64,000 nucleotides of DNA, from NCBI GenBank assembly GCA_016930775.1, contig JAFGGB010000011.1:11415-75414 (forward strand), in the 5' to 3' direction. Every line of letters begins with the position of its first letter. Positions within the stretch are counted from its first letter, which is position 1. The notes under the pieces are model-generated. The model had not been told where the DNA came from. It ran no database searches and worked only from the letters and a program-made list of their open reading frames with translations. The translations under genes and the position numbers were made by a program. Positions 18,883 to 29,594 of the stretch are shown in pieces. The stretch is from Deltaproteobacteria bacterium. GTDB lineage: Bacteria; Desulfobacterota; Syntrophia; Syntrophales; UBA2210.

Positions 18883-20538
18883 ATGAAACAAACGCATTTT
18901 TTCAGCAATCGCCTTCACCGGGTAAAAACGTATGTTATCGGGGGGGCAGTTTTGTGGACGATCATCATCGGATCATCCCTCCTATGGAACATTCATTACA
19001 CGGAGAAACAGACCCTCGCCAAGTCTGATGTGATCGGGCGACTTGCCTTTGACAAGGATGAGTCGTTTCGCCTCTGGGTGACATATCACGGCGGCGTTTA
19101 CGTTCCTGTTACGGAGTCAACCAAATCCAACCCTTATCTCAACGTGCCTGATAAAGATATATGGGCTTCGCAGTTCAGGCAGCTTACTCTCATGAATCCG
19201 GCCTATGTCATGCGTCAGTTCTACGAGCAGTTTGAGAAAAAAGGCGGGGTGAAAGGACACATCACCAGTTTGCGGCCCCTTCGTCCGGAAAACAAGCCCG
19301 ATCCCTGGGAAGAGCAGGCGCTTCGGGCCTTTGAAGCGGGCTGGAAGGAAGAAACCATCATTCAAGCCTTGGGAGGCACTGAATATGTCCGATTCATGAA
19401 GCCCTTCGTTGTTACGAAGGGGTGTCTCAAATGTCACGCCATGCAGGGATACAGAGAAGGGGATATTCGCGGCGGCATCAGTGTCTCCGTGCCCATGGCC
19501 CCGTTGAGACAGCTCGAACAAAACAACCTCGCAATGCTGTCGCAAGTCCACGCGGTCCTCTGGGGTCTGGGTCTGGCCGGCATTGTCATTTTCGGGAAAA
19601 TGAGTCGGAGAAGTGAAGATGCACGCCTTTTGACGGAGCAGGATCTGCGCATGTCAGAAGAAAAGCTGGCCAAAGTCTTTCAGGCGTCCCCGGACTGGAT
19701 CACAATCACGACCCTCGATGACATCCGGTATGTTGACGTCAACAATGCCTTTGAATGTATGACGGGATTCACCCGGGATGAAACGATCGGCAGAAACGCC
19801 GACGAACTCGGTCTCTGGGTCAATTCGGAGCAGCGAGAGATCGCCTTGACAAAACTGCAGGAGCAGAGAGCGCTGCATAATTTTGAAGTCGATCTGCGTA
19901 TGAAATCGGGAAGAACGTGCACCATGCTCTGGTCTGCAGAAAGCATCGACCTCAAAGGACAGAAATATCTGGTGAACGCCGTAAAAGATATCACTAAACG
20001 AAAAGAAATGGAGGAGGAAATCAAGCGTATTGCCTATCACGATGCGCTGACCGGTCTGCCAAACAGAACGCTCATGATGGACCATATGACCCTGGCCATG
20101 CACCAGGCCGAAAGAAGCGGGGATAAAGCAGCCATCATGATGCTCGATCTCGATAAATTCAAGGAGGTCAATGACACAATGGGCCATACCGTCGGCGATC
20201 TGCTGTTAAGGGCAGTGGCTGCCCGGTTGACCGGGGCGTTGCGCAAGGCGGATACTGTGGCGCGTTTCGGCGGCGATGAGTTCGTGATCGTTGTCCCTGG
20301 GCAGAAAAATCAGGCTGATGTTTCGGTGATCGCCCGCAAGATCATGGATTCTTTTAAAAGTCCATTCATCCTGGAAGAGAGGGAGTTAACCATAACGGCC
20401 AGCATCGGCATCGCTCTCTATCCCGACCACGGCAAAGATGTCGATGTGCTTCTGAAGTGCGCCGACCGAGCCATGTATCAGGCCAAGGAGGCGGGGAGAA
20501 GCGGTTTTTACATGTATTCCGGCAATTGGTCAGGATAG
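18883..20538 (+). CDS. diguanylate cyclase with DUF3365-type c-haem sensor, TM segment and PAS domain
   Basis: 551 aa. An N-terminal TM segment, then a DUF3365-like region with the CxxCH haem motif (CLKCH), a second TM segment, a PAS domain, and a GGDEF domain (RFGGDEFVIV). Confidence 0.85.
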   Translation: MKQTHFFSNRLHRVKTYVIGGAVLWTIIIGSSLLWNIHYTEKQTLAKSDVIGRLAFDKDESFRLWVTYHGGVYVPVTESTKSNPYLNVPDKDIWASQFRQLTLMNPAYVMRQFYEQFEKKGGVKGHITSLRPLRPENKPDPWEEQALRAFEAGWKEETIIQALGGTEYVRFMKPFVVTKGCLKCHAMQGYREGDIRGGISVSVPMAPLRQLEQNNLAMLSQVHAVLWGLGLAGIVIFGKMSRRSEDARLLTEQDLRMSEEKLAKVFQASPDWITITTLDDIRYVDVNNAFECMTGFTRDETIGRNADELGLWVNSEQREIALTKLQEQRALHNFEVDLRMKSGRTCTMLWSAESIDLKGQKYLVNAVKDITKRKEMEEEIKRIAYHDALTGLPNRTLMMDHMTLAMHQAERSGDKAAIMMLDLDKFKEVNDTMGHTVGDLLLRAVAARLTGALRKADTVARFGGDEFVIVVPGQKNQADVSVIARKIMDSFKSPFILEERELTITASIGIALYPDHGKDVDVLLKCADRAMYQAKEAGRSGFYMYSGNWSG

Positions 20539-20549
20539 GTGATAGTTAT

Positions 20550-20891
20550 ATGTCTGCGGCGAGAATGCATTCAATGTATTCAGTGAAGACGGATCGATTG
20601 TAACTGCTGGCCATCGATGACAATCCGGACAACTTGGCGACGCTGAAAGAGGTCATGGACTTTCGACTTCCCGGGGTTGTAACCTTGACTGCCTTGAACG
20701 GCCTCAAGGGTCTTAAACTGGCCCAGGCCGAAGACCCTGATGTAATCCTGCTCGACATCGTCATGCCGGCAATGGACGGCTATGAGGTCTGCCGGAAGTT
20801 GAAGGAGGACCAGCGTCTTCAAACTATCCCATTGATTTTTCTAACCGTTCTGAGGACTGACCCCAACAGCAGCATCTTCACACCTGTCTGA
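20550..20891 (+). pseudogene. response-regulator receiver domain remnant with an in-frame TAA and truncated C-terminus
   Basis: MSAARMHSMYSVKTDRL-TAA(20601-20603)-LLAIDDNPDNL...DVILLDIVMPAMDGYEVCRKLK...IPLIFLT all lie in one frame. The ORF ends before the conserved Lys/alpha5 region. Confidence 0.55.
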
Positions 20892-21328
20892 ATAAAAACG
20901 ACTTTCACAATAAAGAGGCGGAGACCTTGCAGGCTGCCTTAATAATGGCATTGAATATGACGAAGGTAAGACGGATGCGGCGCATTACAAATGCGGGAAG
21001 TGCAATGAGGTCATTGCAATCCGTGAAGTAGCCGCTGTTGAGAGGGTGTAGATTGATTTTTCAGAGCAGTTCATTGATTGCAAGTGAAAACATGAGAAAT
21101 CACGACCACTCATTTCCTTGATTAATAGGGCATTTATGTGTTCCTGTTAACGATGATTGACTGATTCTGGGAACTATGAAAGATTACCACCGATAATGAC
21201 TGCAATATGTGGCGCTGTCGGGAACCTAGGAGAAAAAGGGATAAAACAAACTCAATCTGCACATTGGGAGAAACCAGGCTGCTAGGCTCAATTAATATGG
21301 ATACACTATTCGAAAAGAGGAATGTCAG

Positions 21329-21901
21329 ATGAAACAAATGATGAGTCTTGTTGGACGGTTCCTGTATTTTCTGATGGGCTGGCGGTTTGAGCCGGTTCCG
21401 TCTTATTTTTCCAGCAAGCACGTGATCATCGGTTTTCCTCATACGTCCAATATGGATGCCGTCAGAGCCTTCGCGGGTTTCAGGATTATCAGGCGAACCG
21501 GCCATATCATGGTAAAACAAGAATGGTTTTTCTGGCCCATGTCTCTTGTTCTCAAAGCCATCGGCGGCATTCCTGTCAATCGCGGCGCCTCTCAGGGCGT
21601 TGTGGAACAAATGGTGGATATTTTCAATGCGAGAGATGAGTTTCTTCTGGCAATCGTGCCTGAGGGAACCCGCAAAAAAGTGACGACCATCAAAACCGGA
21701 TTCTGGCACATTGCCAAAGCCGCCAAGATTTCTATCATATGCTGGTATCTGGACAATGAAAATAAAACGGCCCGATGGCTGGGCGAAATAATTCCGGGTG
21801 AAGACAAAATTGATGATTTGATACGGATACGGGATCTCTATGAGAGGGCCGGATATCGATTCCCCCTTGATGTCATATCGCCCTATCCGGCATATAACTG
21901 A
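21329..21901 (+). CDS. lysophospholipid/glycerol-phosphate acyltransferase family protein (PlsC-like)
   Basis: 190 aa with the HxxxxD motif (HTSNMD) and the PEGTR motif. Confidence 0.8.
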   Translation: MKQMMSLVGRFLYFLMGWRFEPVPSYFSSKHVIIGFPHTSNMDAVRAFAGFRIIRRTGHIMVKQEWFFWPMSLVLKAIGGIPVNRGASQGVVEQMVDIFNARDEFLLAIVPEGTRKKVTTIKTGFWHIAKAAKISIICWYLDNENKTARWLGEIIPGEDKIDDLIRIRDLYERAGYRFPLDVISPYPAYN

Positions 21902-22402
21902 TCGATTTCCCGCATCATCAGCCCCGGCATATGGAAGAAAGACCTCCTTATCAAACCTGGAACTTACATGACAGAAGGCTTCTAAACGGGTTTGCATTTT
22001 GAAGAATAACCGCCAGGTGTTCCGAGGGCATGATGTATCGATTTGGCGAACGCGCATAGAATGTACGCCTTATGCCTTATTCCGGCACAAGCCTTCGTGA
22101 AAGATGGCATTGCTCAAGGCTGGCAGGATTTGTGAAGACAATATTTTTGTTCTTTATATAAGTTCCGGTTTATATGAACACAAAATAAGAGAATTTTAAA
22201 GCAACATATGCTACAAAGTCCCGGCCGGATAGTTTCCCGCAAGGATTTGAAAATAGGAATCGCCCCTGCCTCATGGGAGAAATCGAGATCCAGGGGAGGC
22301 ATGTCCGGCGAAACAGTTGTTCAACGCGTATTTTCTTTTTACTGGGTATATTTGACGGCGCCATCAATGGAAAGCCGATTGATATAAAAAATAGAATCTT
22401 CG

Positions 22403-23683
22403 ATGGATCATAAATATAAGAAGATGAAAAAATCAATTGCCATAGGAATAATCGGTTGCGGATCGATGGGCAAGGGGTTGCTCTACCAGTCTACGATTCA
22501 TCCTGAAATAGATTGTGCCGCTATTGCCGATCTGAGGATAGATAGATGCACTGCGTTTTTAAATAGATTGGATCTGCCCTATGAAGTGGTAGACAATGCA
22601 GGGGCAATGCATCGGGCCATAGAAAGCAATCGAATCGCTGTAACCGAAAATGGAGATTTAATTCCTCAATGCGCCGTGATTGATGCAGTTGTTGAAGCAA
22701 CAAACACTGTTTCTGAAGGCGGCAGATATGCGGTAGCGACCTTGCAGCACAACAAACATCTGATTCTTATGAATTCAGAGATAGATTTGATCTTTGGTCC
22801 TTATCTGAAATGGCTCGCTAAAAAACACAATGTGATTTTCAGCAGTTGCGACGGCGATCAATACGGAGTGCTCAAGCATTTGATCGATGATTTGCAGTTA
22901 TGGGGTTTCGAGCTGGTAATGGCGGGGAACATTAAAGGATTTCTCGACCGTTACGCCAATCCTGCGAGCATCATTCAGGAAGCCGATAAACGCAACCTCG
23001 ATTATCGGATGTGCACCTCCTATACGGATGGCACGAAGCTGAATATAGAAATGGCCATTCTCGCCAATGTTTATGGATTAGCTGCTCCCGTTCCCGGCAT
23101 GTACGGACCGACGGCGAGTCATGTTTGCGAAGTATTTCAAAAATTCGATTTCGACCGATTGTGGCATGACCGGAAACCTTTCGTGGATTACATTCTTGGA
23201 GCGGAACCAGGCGGCGGGGTATTCGCCATCGGCCGCTGCGATCATTCCTATCAACGAGAGATGCTTGCCTATTATAAAATGGGCAACGGTCCGTACTATC
23301 TATTCTACCGACCCTATCACCTTTGTCACATCGAAGCCCTGTCGTCTGTTGCGAGCGCTGTTGTCAGAAATACTCCCTTTCTTCAACCGGATAAAGGCTT
23401 TCAGACCAATGTTTACGCCTATGCAAAGAGGAATTTAAAAAGGGGAGTCGCATTGGACGGCATCGGTGGATATGACTGTTACGGGATGATTGAAAACTGC
23501 ATCGATCAGATGGTCCGGCCGGGATTGCCGATTTGCCTCGCTGAAAATGTCGTCTTGAACAGGAATATTCAAAAAGACGAGAAAATCTATATTGACGATG
23601 TAATTATAGCGCCGGGTCGCTTTGATTTCGCTCTGTATGAAAAAGCGCTGCAACTATCTGTTGCGAGTGTTCCATGCGTATAG
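22403..23683 (+). CDS. NAD(P)-binding oxidoreductase with C-terminal SAF domain (homoserine-dehydrogenase-like, COG4091-type)
   Basis: 426 aa with an N-terminal IGIIGCGSMGKG Rossmann motif. Length and architecture match what I remember for COG4091 proteins. Confidence 0.7.
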   Translation: MDHKYKKMKKSIAIGIIGCGSMGKGLLYQSTIHPEIDCAAIADLRIDRCTAFLNRLDLPYEVVDNAGAMHRAIESNRIAVTENGDLIPQCAVIDAVVEATNTVSEGGRYAVATLQHNKHLILMNSEIDLIFGPYLKWLAKKHNVIFSSCDGDQYGVLKHLIDDLQLWGFELVMAGNIKGFLDRYANPASIIQEADKRNLDYRMCTSYTDGTKLNIEMAILANVYGLAAPVPGMYGPTASHVCEVFQKFDFDRLWHDRKPFVDYILGAEPGGGVFAIGRCDHSYQREMLAYYKMGNGPYYLFYRPYHLCHIEALSSVASAVVRNTPFLQPDKGFQTNVYAYAKRNLKRGVALDGIGGYDCYGMIENCIDQMVRPGLPICLAENVVLNRNIQKDEKIYIDDVIIAPGRFDFALYEKALQLSVASVPCV

Positions 23684-24606
23684 GAATTGTTGTTGTATAC
23701 ATGATTAAATCGGAGAATGAAAAGCTTTTGGAACTCCACCTGCGTCAGATCAGGACCTTCACCAACGTCTCTTACACCATTTATGCAGGCGTCGGAAAAT
23801 TGGAGCCCAGGTTGCTCAAGTTTCTTGAAAGTGAACCCCATGTTAAAATTATTCCCCTTCCGGAAACCAATCTCAGAGGCGGAGAACAGCATTCCTTTTA
23901 CCTGGAACGATTGATCCGGACTGCTGTTTTGGACGATGTAACCCATATAGCAATTCTGCACGTCGATTCTTTCCCGATACGATCGGACTGGGTTGAAATC
24001 ATCGCCGAAAGACTCGTCGGCAGCTGTGTGCTGTCTACAATATCCCACAACCATTATTTGGCTCTGTATACCGCCTGTCTCTGCTTCCGAAGAGATTTTT
24101 ACATGAATTATCATCCCGAATTTTTTCTGACTGAGAACGAACGCTCCTCCGATGATTATCGACGTTTCAGTCGTGAATGCGATCACTACTCCATTGATTC
24201 AGGCGTTGGATTTGTATTTAAAGCCTTCTGTCGGAACTTGTCGTGGATCGGTCTCGAACGATCGAATAAAGGCGAAGATCACGGCTGGTACGGCAGCATT
24301 TATGAAGACACCGTTTTTCACCTCGTCGGGGCTTATCGCCGACGAAAATTGTCAAAACTCGATGCATCGTTCAATCTGAAGGCATTGCATCGGATTTTGC
24401 ATGGCATTGTTAAGGCGGCAAGCGTCAAACTGAAAGGAAGAATGCCAGAAAAAGTCTGGAATATCGCGAGATTCTATGGTTTCCCTGTTCTGCTGGCCCA
24501 GCCTTCACGGTCGTACGACAATGTTATTTCACAGCTGATGATTGATCCCGATGGTTATCTGGATTATCTGCGTTATGGGGAAAGACGAATCAAAAGAAAT
24601 GTTTAA
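23674..24606 (+). CDS. hypothetical protein, 310 aa (possibly GT-A-like fold)
   Basis: It overlaps the previous gene by 10 nt and has normal composition. The ILHVDSFP block resembles a DxD-type motif. I do not recognise the family. Confidence 0.55.
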   Translation: MRIGIVVVYMIKSENEKLLELHLRQIRTFTNVSYTIYAGVGKLEPRLLKFLESEPHVKIIPLPETNLRGGEQHSFYLERLIRTAVLDDVTHIAILHVDSFPIRSDWVEIIAERLVGSCVLSTISHNHYLALYTACLCFRRDFYMNYHPEFFLTENERSSDDYRRFSRECDHYSIDSGVGFVFKAFCRNLSWIGLERSNKGEDHGWYGSIYEDTVFHLVGAYRRRKLSKLDASFNLKALHRILHGIVKAASVKLKGRMPEKVWNIARFYGFPVLLAQPSRSYDNVISQLMIDPDGYLDYLRYGERRIKRNV

Positions 24607-24660
24607 TTGAAATTCCATAAAGACCGATTTTACTTCGCTGGTAGCAACAAGGCAGCGCAA

Positions 24661-24694
24661 CAAAAAAGAAAGGGTTAAGCAATCCGCCTAACCC
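24661..24694 (-). terminator. Rho-independent terminator of tRNA-fMet
   Basis: On the minus strand, GGGTTAGGC-GGATT-GCTTAACCC (one mismatch) is followed by TTTCTTTTTT, 11 nt after the tRNA 3' end. Confidence 0.6.
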
Positions 24695-24705
24695 ATTGAT
24701 TTTCT

Positions 24706-24785
<80 letters not shown>

Positions 24786-24817
24786 TTTGAAATGAACTTA
24801 TTATAGGATTATCCGCG

Positions 24818-25837
24818 CTATGTCAAGCTCCTTTCGCCTCTTGGCGGTTCTCCCCCGAGTATCTCGTAGACCTCGGGAATGCCTTTGATTCCTTTCAGTT
24901 TCACGTTTTCGAGCCTCCTGCATCGGACGACCGAACGGACGGCGGCGAAGGTCTCGCCGCAGATAAGAATCTGTCTTTTCTGGGCAATCCCTTCCAGGCG
25001 GGCGGCCATATTTACAGGAGGGCCGAAGGCTGTGTATTCCTTTTTCCGTGACGATCCGAACACGCCTGCCATGACCTCGCCGGTTCCTATGCCTATGCCG
25101 ACCGACAGCGGCGTTGCATCGCTATCGGCTTCATCGGCAAGGTTCTCCAGTCTCTCCTGAATTCCAAGGGCGCATTGTACGGCTTTCAGGCCGCATGTAT
25201 CGTCGGCTACGGGAGCGCCAAAGATGCCCATGACGCCGTCCCCGATGTGTTTGTCCAGCGTTCCTCCGAAAGAGCAGATCATTTCGTCTACGGGAGTGAA
25301 ATAACGGCGGTTGAGAAATTCCGAGAGTTCCTCCGCCGGAATTGACTCGGACAGCGTGGTGAAACCCCTTATGTCGCTGAAAAGAACGCTCACCCGACGC
25401 CTCATCGGATGGATGAACTTTTCGCACCGTTGAATCTCCGTGAAGACCGATTCCGACACGAACTGCTTGAGACGTTTCTTCAGTGTGAACTCTCTTACTT
25501 TCGCCCGCAATTCAAGATTTGAAAAAGGTTTTGTGAGAAAGCCTTCGATTCCGGCGTTCATTGAGTCAATAGCGATTTCCATGGTCGCATAACCCGTGAG
25601 GATTATTTTTGTAACCTCGGGATTCAGCCTGCCGATGGCCGTCAGGGTCTCAATGCCGTCAAGACCGGGCATTTTATAGTCCGAAATTACCGTTTCAATT
25701 GCTTCTTGACGCTCCTTTACGATATCAATGGCCCGGTAGCCGTCCTCGGCGAGAAATATCCTGTAACCTTCGTTTTTCAGAACTTTTTCCAAAGATCTTC
25801 TGACAATCGCTTCATCATCGACAATTAAGATTCCCAT
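24818..25837 (-). CDS. response regulator with class III adenylate/guanylate cyclase output domain
   Basis: The start is chosen at [12 protein letters not shown] (GGAGGA SD 7 nt upstream). The receiver domain is followed by a CHD domain (VSVLFSDIRGFTTLSE, HIGDGVMGIFGAP). Confidence 0.85.
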   Translation of the reverse strand: MGILIVDDEAIVRRSLEKVLKNEGYRIFLAEDGYRAIDIVKERQEAIETVISDYKMPGLDGIETLTAIGRLNPEVTKIILTGYATMEIAIDSMNAGIEGFLTKPFSNLELRAKVREFTLKKRLKQFVSESVFTEIQRCEKFIHPMRRRVSVLFSDIRGFTTLSESIPAEELSEFLNRRYFTPVDEMICSFGGTLDKHIGDGVMGIFGAPVADDTCGLKAVQCALGIQERLENLADEADSDATPLSVGIGIGTGEVMAGVFGSSRKKEYTAFGPPVNMAARLEGIAQKRQILICGETFAAVRSVVRCRRLENVKLKGIKGIPEVYEILGGEPPRGERSLT

Positions 25838-28049
25838 CAGGACATCCTCCCTGAAAACCCAATTCGATGGAGACGGTCGTTCCACCCTCTTTCGGGCTTT
25901 TCACCGTTATGATTCCGCCATGACGCCTCACTATCTCATGGGCGATGTAAAGACCGAGACCCGTGCCCTTTCCCGGTGCTTTTGTCGTAAAAAAGGGCTT
26001 AAATATATCTTTCAGGACCGCCGGCGGTATCCCGGGCCCCGTATCGCTTACGTTGATGCGGATTTTTTTTTGTTTCTTCAAGGTTTCGCCCGTTATGACG
26101 ATGCGTCCCGCGCCGCCGGGAAGGGCCTGAATTGCATTTCTGATGACATTGATGAAAACCTGTCCCAGTGAACTGAAATTCCCGCGAATCGGCGGAAGAT
26201 CGTCAGCAAAGTTTTGAACAATCTCCATCTCCGGACTATTGCGCTGGTTATGGAGCACCCTGAGAGCGTCTTCTATCAACTCAGACGGATAGACTGTCTC
26301 GTCAAGGCGGGAAGTCTGTCGTGAGAGCCCCAAGAGGCTCTTCACAATGGCGGCGGCTCGGAGAATTTCTTTGCGGGCAAATCGCAGATCGTCCATCAGT
26401 TCATTCTCGCCTTCATTGTGCTTCCGCCGCACCTCAAGAAATTCCAGTGAACTTTCCATAAGGCTCGATGCGCCGGCCAGCGGATTGTTCAGTTCATGGG
26501 CCACGCCGGCCACTAGTTGACCGACAGCGGCGAGACTCTCGGAACGAATAAGAAGCTCCTGGGTTCTCTCCTTTTCTACCAGGGCTGCCTTCAACGCTTC
26601 CGTACGCGCCGATACTCGAAATTCAAGCAATCTGTTCAGCTCCATGATTTCCTCATATCGGCGGGCGTTTTCCAATGCTATGGCGCACTGATGGGCCACT
26701 GTGGCAAGAAGCTCCATGTCTTCCTTCACATAGAGCATACCCGACATCTTTTGGCCCAGGGCGATGACGCCAAGAAGTTTTTCCTTGCTGAGAACAGGCG
26801 CCACAAGAACAGCTGCATGCTTGTTGAAAAAACTGAGCAGGCGTTCTTTCTCCTTTGTTTCTGCTGATTCCAGGGCCGACAGGCTAAGAGGCTCTCGATG
26901 ATTGACAAAAAAGCTTTCGATATCGGTGGCGAGAAAGACTCCAACGTTTCCTTCATCCAGTTCAGCGACCTTTCTGTGGTTTGCGTCGGGTTGCACTTCT
27001 TCATCGGCAGGCAGGACAATGAGACGAACAGATTCCGGTTCAAGGATTCTTTTCAGAGAATCTTCCAGGAAGTCTCCGATGTCTTCAAAGACCAGATATT
27101 TCGTGAGATCGCCGCTGAAATGCTTGAGCGTATCCTGGTAATCATAGCGGCTTCCAAAGACGAACCGGTCCACCGATCTTTGTACGAAAGATTGCAACGG
27201 TTGCAGCGCCAGCACGACGACAGCCGCCATTGCCGTTGCAGCTACCAGAGGATGACTTCTGTCCGCTCCGGTAAAGAAAGCATTAATCAGGCCGATGACA
27301 ACGATATACACGGCTGAGGCAAGAACCGTCATGGTTCCATAGATGACACTGCGCCGCACAAGGATGCCCATATCGAGAAGGTCGAACTTCAGGACGCCAT
27401 AGGCGAGGAAAAGCGATGGAATGACAATGAAATTGCCCGGAGGATACAGAGGAAAACCGGTCAGTGGCGCATAATTGAACAGGAAGAGAAGTGAACTGCC
27501 GCCTATTCCCGCAAGAATATATTTGATGCGATTTCGTTCACTGTTCGTTGCGGCAGCCGAAAGAGCTGCTCGCAACGTTGCCAGACAATAGAAGACCGTA
27601 GCGGCCGCACATATCATGAAGCAATGGTAGAGCGGGCCGGCTTTTGCTATTGCGCCAAAATAATATTCCTGGAGTCCACTTACGAAGAGAGGCGTCTGGG
27701 TGAAGGGGAGGAAGACAAAACTGACACAATAACCCGTGATCTCCAGGAAGCGGCGACCCTCGATGGCGAGGAAGGAATGGACGAAACGGATGTAAAGGGG
27801 GATTGAGAATACAAAGAACAGGTAGGCAATGCGGTCAACAGTCAGTGCAATGTCCTTGTCCGTCAGAACAGTGACAAGGACAATGTCGGCGTTGATACAG
27901 GCGCCGAGAACGGTCAAGGCCGCAAAGAGGCGGTTGGTCGCCGTTCCGGGCGCCCGAATAACGGCGCCGAGGCCCAAGCCGAAAAGAATGAAAGCGCTGG
28001 CGCCGGGAAGAAGGAGATAAACCAGTGAAACCAGTACAGTGCACCTCAT
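25815..28049 (-). CDS. sensor histidine kinase with multi-pass membrane N-domain, GAF-like region, HisKA and HATPase_c
   Basis: 744 aa. About 270 aa are hydrophobic helices. It has the H-box HELNNPLAG and the N/G boxes ([19 protein letters not shown]). It overlaps the downstream receiver-cyclase gene by 23 nt. Confidence 0.85.
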   Translation of the reverse strand: MRCTVLVSLVYLLLPGASAFILFGLGLGAVIRAPGTATNRLFAALTVLGACINADIVLVTVLTDKDIALTVDRIAYLFFVFSIPLYIRFVHSFLAIEGRRFLEITGYCVSFVFLPFTQTPLFVSGLQEYYFGAIAKAGPLYHCFMICAAATVFYCLATLRAALSAAATNSERNRIKYILAGIGGSSLLFLFNYAPLTGFPLYPPGNFIVIPSLFLAYGVLKFDLLDMGILVRRSVIYGTMTVLASAVYIVVIGLINAFFTGADRSHPLVAATAMAAVVVLALQPLQSFVQRSVDRFVFGSRYDYQDTLKHFSGDLTKYLVFEDIGDFLEDSLKRILEPESVRLIVLPADEEVQPDANHRKVAELDEGNVGVFLATDIESFFVNHREPLSLSALESAETKEKERLLSFFNKHAAVLVAPVLSKEKLLGVIALGQKMSGMLYVKEDMELLATVAHQCAIALENARRYEEIMELNRLLEFRVSARTEALKAALVEKERTQELLIRSESLAAVGQLVAGVAHELNNPLAGASSLMESSLEFLEVRRKHNEGENELMDDLRFARKEILRAAAIVKSLLGLSRQTSRLDETVYPSELIEDALRVLHNQRNSPEMEIVQNFADDLPPIRGNFSSLGQVFINVIRNAIQALPGGAGRIVITGETLKKQKKIRINVSDTGPGIPPAVLKDIFKPFFTTKAPGKGTGLGLYIAHEIVRRHGGIITVKSPKEGGTTVSIELGFQGGCPDGNLNCR

Positions 28050-28111
28050 GGCACACCTCCAGATTTCGTTGGCATGATGCTAACTAAATAAACGGACTTT
28101 GAAGCTTAGAG

Positions 28112-28669
28112 CTAGAAGATAAAAACGGCCGCCGCCACCACAGTAGTATACCCGCTATTCTTAACAATAGCCGACTGTGTTATGTTGGTGGTTCTGACGA
28201 TCTTGCCGCTGATTTTAAAAATCTCTTCTTTTTCGTCCCAGCTTTCATCGATGTTGAAATCGATTCCCAGGGTTGAAGCCAGCATGGAGGCCGCCAGATC
28301 TTCGGCATAATCGCCTGCCTGTTGCTGTGTTTGACCGAAAGCATGGTGTTCGCTTATGTATCCGTAAGCGTTTTTATCGGCCGGAACGGCGCATCCGGCG
28401 GAAGCGACAAGGAGCCGGCGTGGTTCGTTGCTGCAACATCGGCTCATTACGCAGAAGGTAATCTCGCCGGGCTTAAGGAGGGCCAATCCCTTGGATCGGG
28501 ATATAAGTTTGCAATTGGGAGGAAATATGCTCGAGACCTGCACGAGGTTGCATTTTTCTATACCGGCATCTCTAAGGGCAAGTTCAAAGGAATGGAGTTC
28601 TTCCTTGTGGGAACCGGCGCCTTTCGTGAAAAAAATCTTCTTTGGCAGTAAATCTCTCAATTCTGTCAC
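28112..28669 (-). CDS. pdaD: pyruvoyl-dependent arginine decarboxylase
   Basis: 185 aa. [11 protein letters not shown] and the self-cleavage-site context VQVSSIFPP are characteristic of PdaD. Confidence 0.85.
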   Translation of the reverse strand: MTELRDLLPKKIFFTKGAGSHKEELHSFELALRDAGIEKCNLVQVSSIFPPNCKLISRSKGLALLKPGEITFCVMSRCCSNEPRRLLVASAGCAVPADKNAYGYISEHHAFGQTQQQAGDYAEDLAASMLASTLGIDFNIDESWDEKEEIFKISGKIVRTTNITQSAIVKNSGYTTVVAAAVFIF

Positions 28670-28673
28670 TCCT

Positions 28674-29543
28674 TTACCGTGATAGTTCGTGTGCGCCGAC
28701 GATATATCCCATAAGGCGATATACTAACTTTGCGGCCGTGAAATCGGGGGCTATCATCCCTGGAATGGGACAAAGCTCGACAACATCGAATCCCCGTATT
28801 GTGCGCTCTGTCGCTACAGTCCTCAGAAGTGTCATAACATCCCACCATCCCAGTCCCCCGGGCTCGGGAGTGCCCGTTGCGGGCATTAGAGAAGGATCGA
28901 GGACATCAAGATCAAGCGTCACATATACATCTTCCGTGAGTTTTTCACAAATATTTTTTCCCCAGTTCGACTGCTCCCTGATAGTGCCTGAAGTAAATTG
29001 AGGGATGTTAGAACTTTCAAGAAATTCAGCCTCTTCCATGCTAAGGCTCCTGATGCCCGCCTGGACGATGGGGCAGATTTCGCTGATGCGTCTCGCCACC
29101 GAAGCGTGGCTGTAGCGGCTTCCCTGGTAACTGTCGCGAAGATCAGCATGCGCATCGAGATGCAGGACCGAAAGACCGGGATGCCGCCCGTAAAGAGCTC
29201 GGACGGCTGCGGCGGAGATGCTGTGCTCGCCCCCGAGCATAACGGGGATTTTCTTCCTGTCCAGGATGCCGTTGATCTCCTTTTCGACCGCGGCGATCAT
29301 CTCTTGGGGTCCCCGTGCATCGATCTCGAGAGACGGCAGTGTAAAGATGCCAGATCGGTATGTTTCCCGACGAAGTTCATCGTCATAGAGTTCCATGTTG
29401 GCCGAGGCTTCAAGAATGGATTGCGGCCCCTTCCTGGATCCCGGCATATAGGTAGATGTAAGATCATACGGGACTGGAAGAACAACGAAGGTTGCCTCTT
29501 CCAGTGACCCACAGGATGCTTCATGTCCGCCAAAATCAACCAT
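28674..29543 (-). CDS. speB: agmatinase (ureohydrolase family)
   Basis: 289 aa with the arginase-family metal motifs [14 protein letters not shown] and DLDVLDP. It lies immediately upstream of pdaD. Confidence 0.85.
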   Translation of the reverse strand: MVDFGGHEASCGSLEEATFVVLPVPYDLTSTYMPGSRKGPQSILEASANMELYDDELRRETYRSGIFTLPSLEIDARGPQEMIAAVEKEINGILDRKKIPVMLGGEHSISAAAVRALYGRHPGLSVLHLDAHADLRDSYQGSRYSHASVARRISEICPIVQAGIRSLSMEEAEFLESSNIPQFTSGTIREQSNWGKNICEKLTEDVYVTLDLDVLDPSLMPATGTPEPGGLGWWDVMTLLRTVATERTIRGFDVVELCPIPGMIAPDFTAAKLVYRLMGYIVGAHELSR

Positions 29544-29594
29544 TTTAAACTTCCCGTTGGTGTAGATTTTTTTACTTTTGCCTCGAAAGAGGAT

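Noticed and set aside
17339-20603. Stop-codon reassignment or programmed read-through as the explanation for two in-frame TAA codons.
   Set aside because: TAA terminates several well-supported full-length genes in the same window (for example 7262-7264, followed by a canonical terminator; also 10282-10284 and 11540-11542). Both affected genes sit among other truncated genes. Nonsense mutation is the simpler explanation.
20930-21050. A zinc-ribbon-like peptide (…GCLNNGIEYDEGKTDAAHYKCGKCNEVIAIREV…).
   Set aside because: The open frame has no ATG, GTG or TTG start and only one CxxC pair. It is probably part of the decayed 3' region of the receiver pseudogene.
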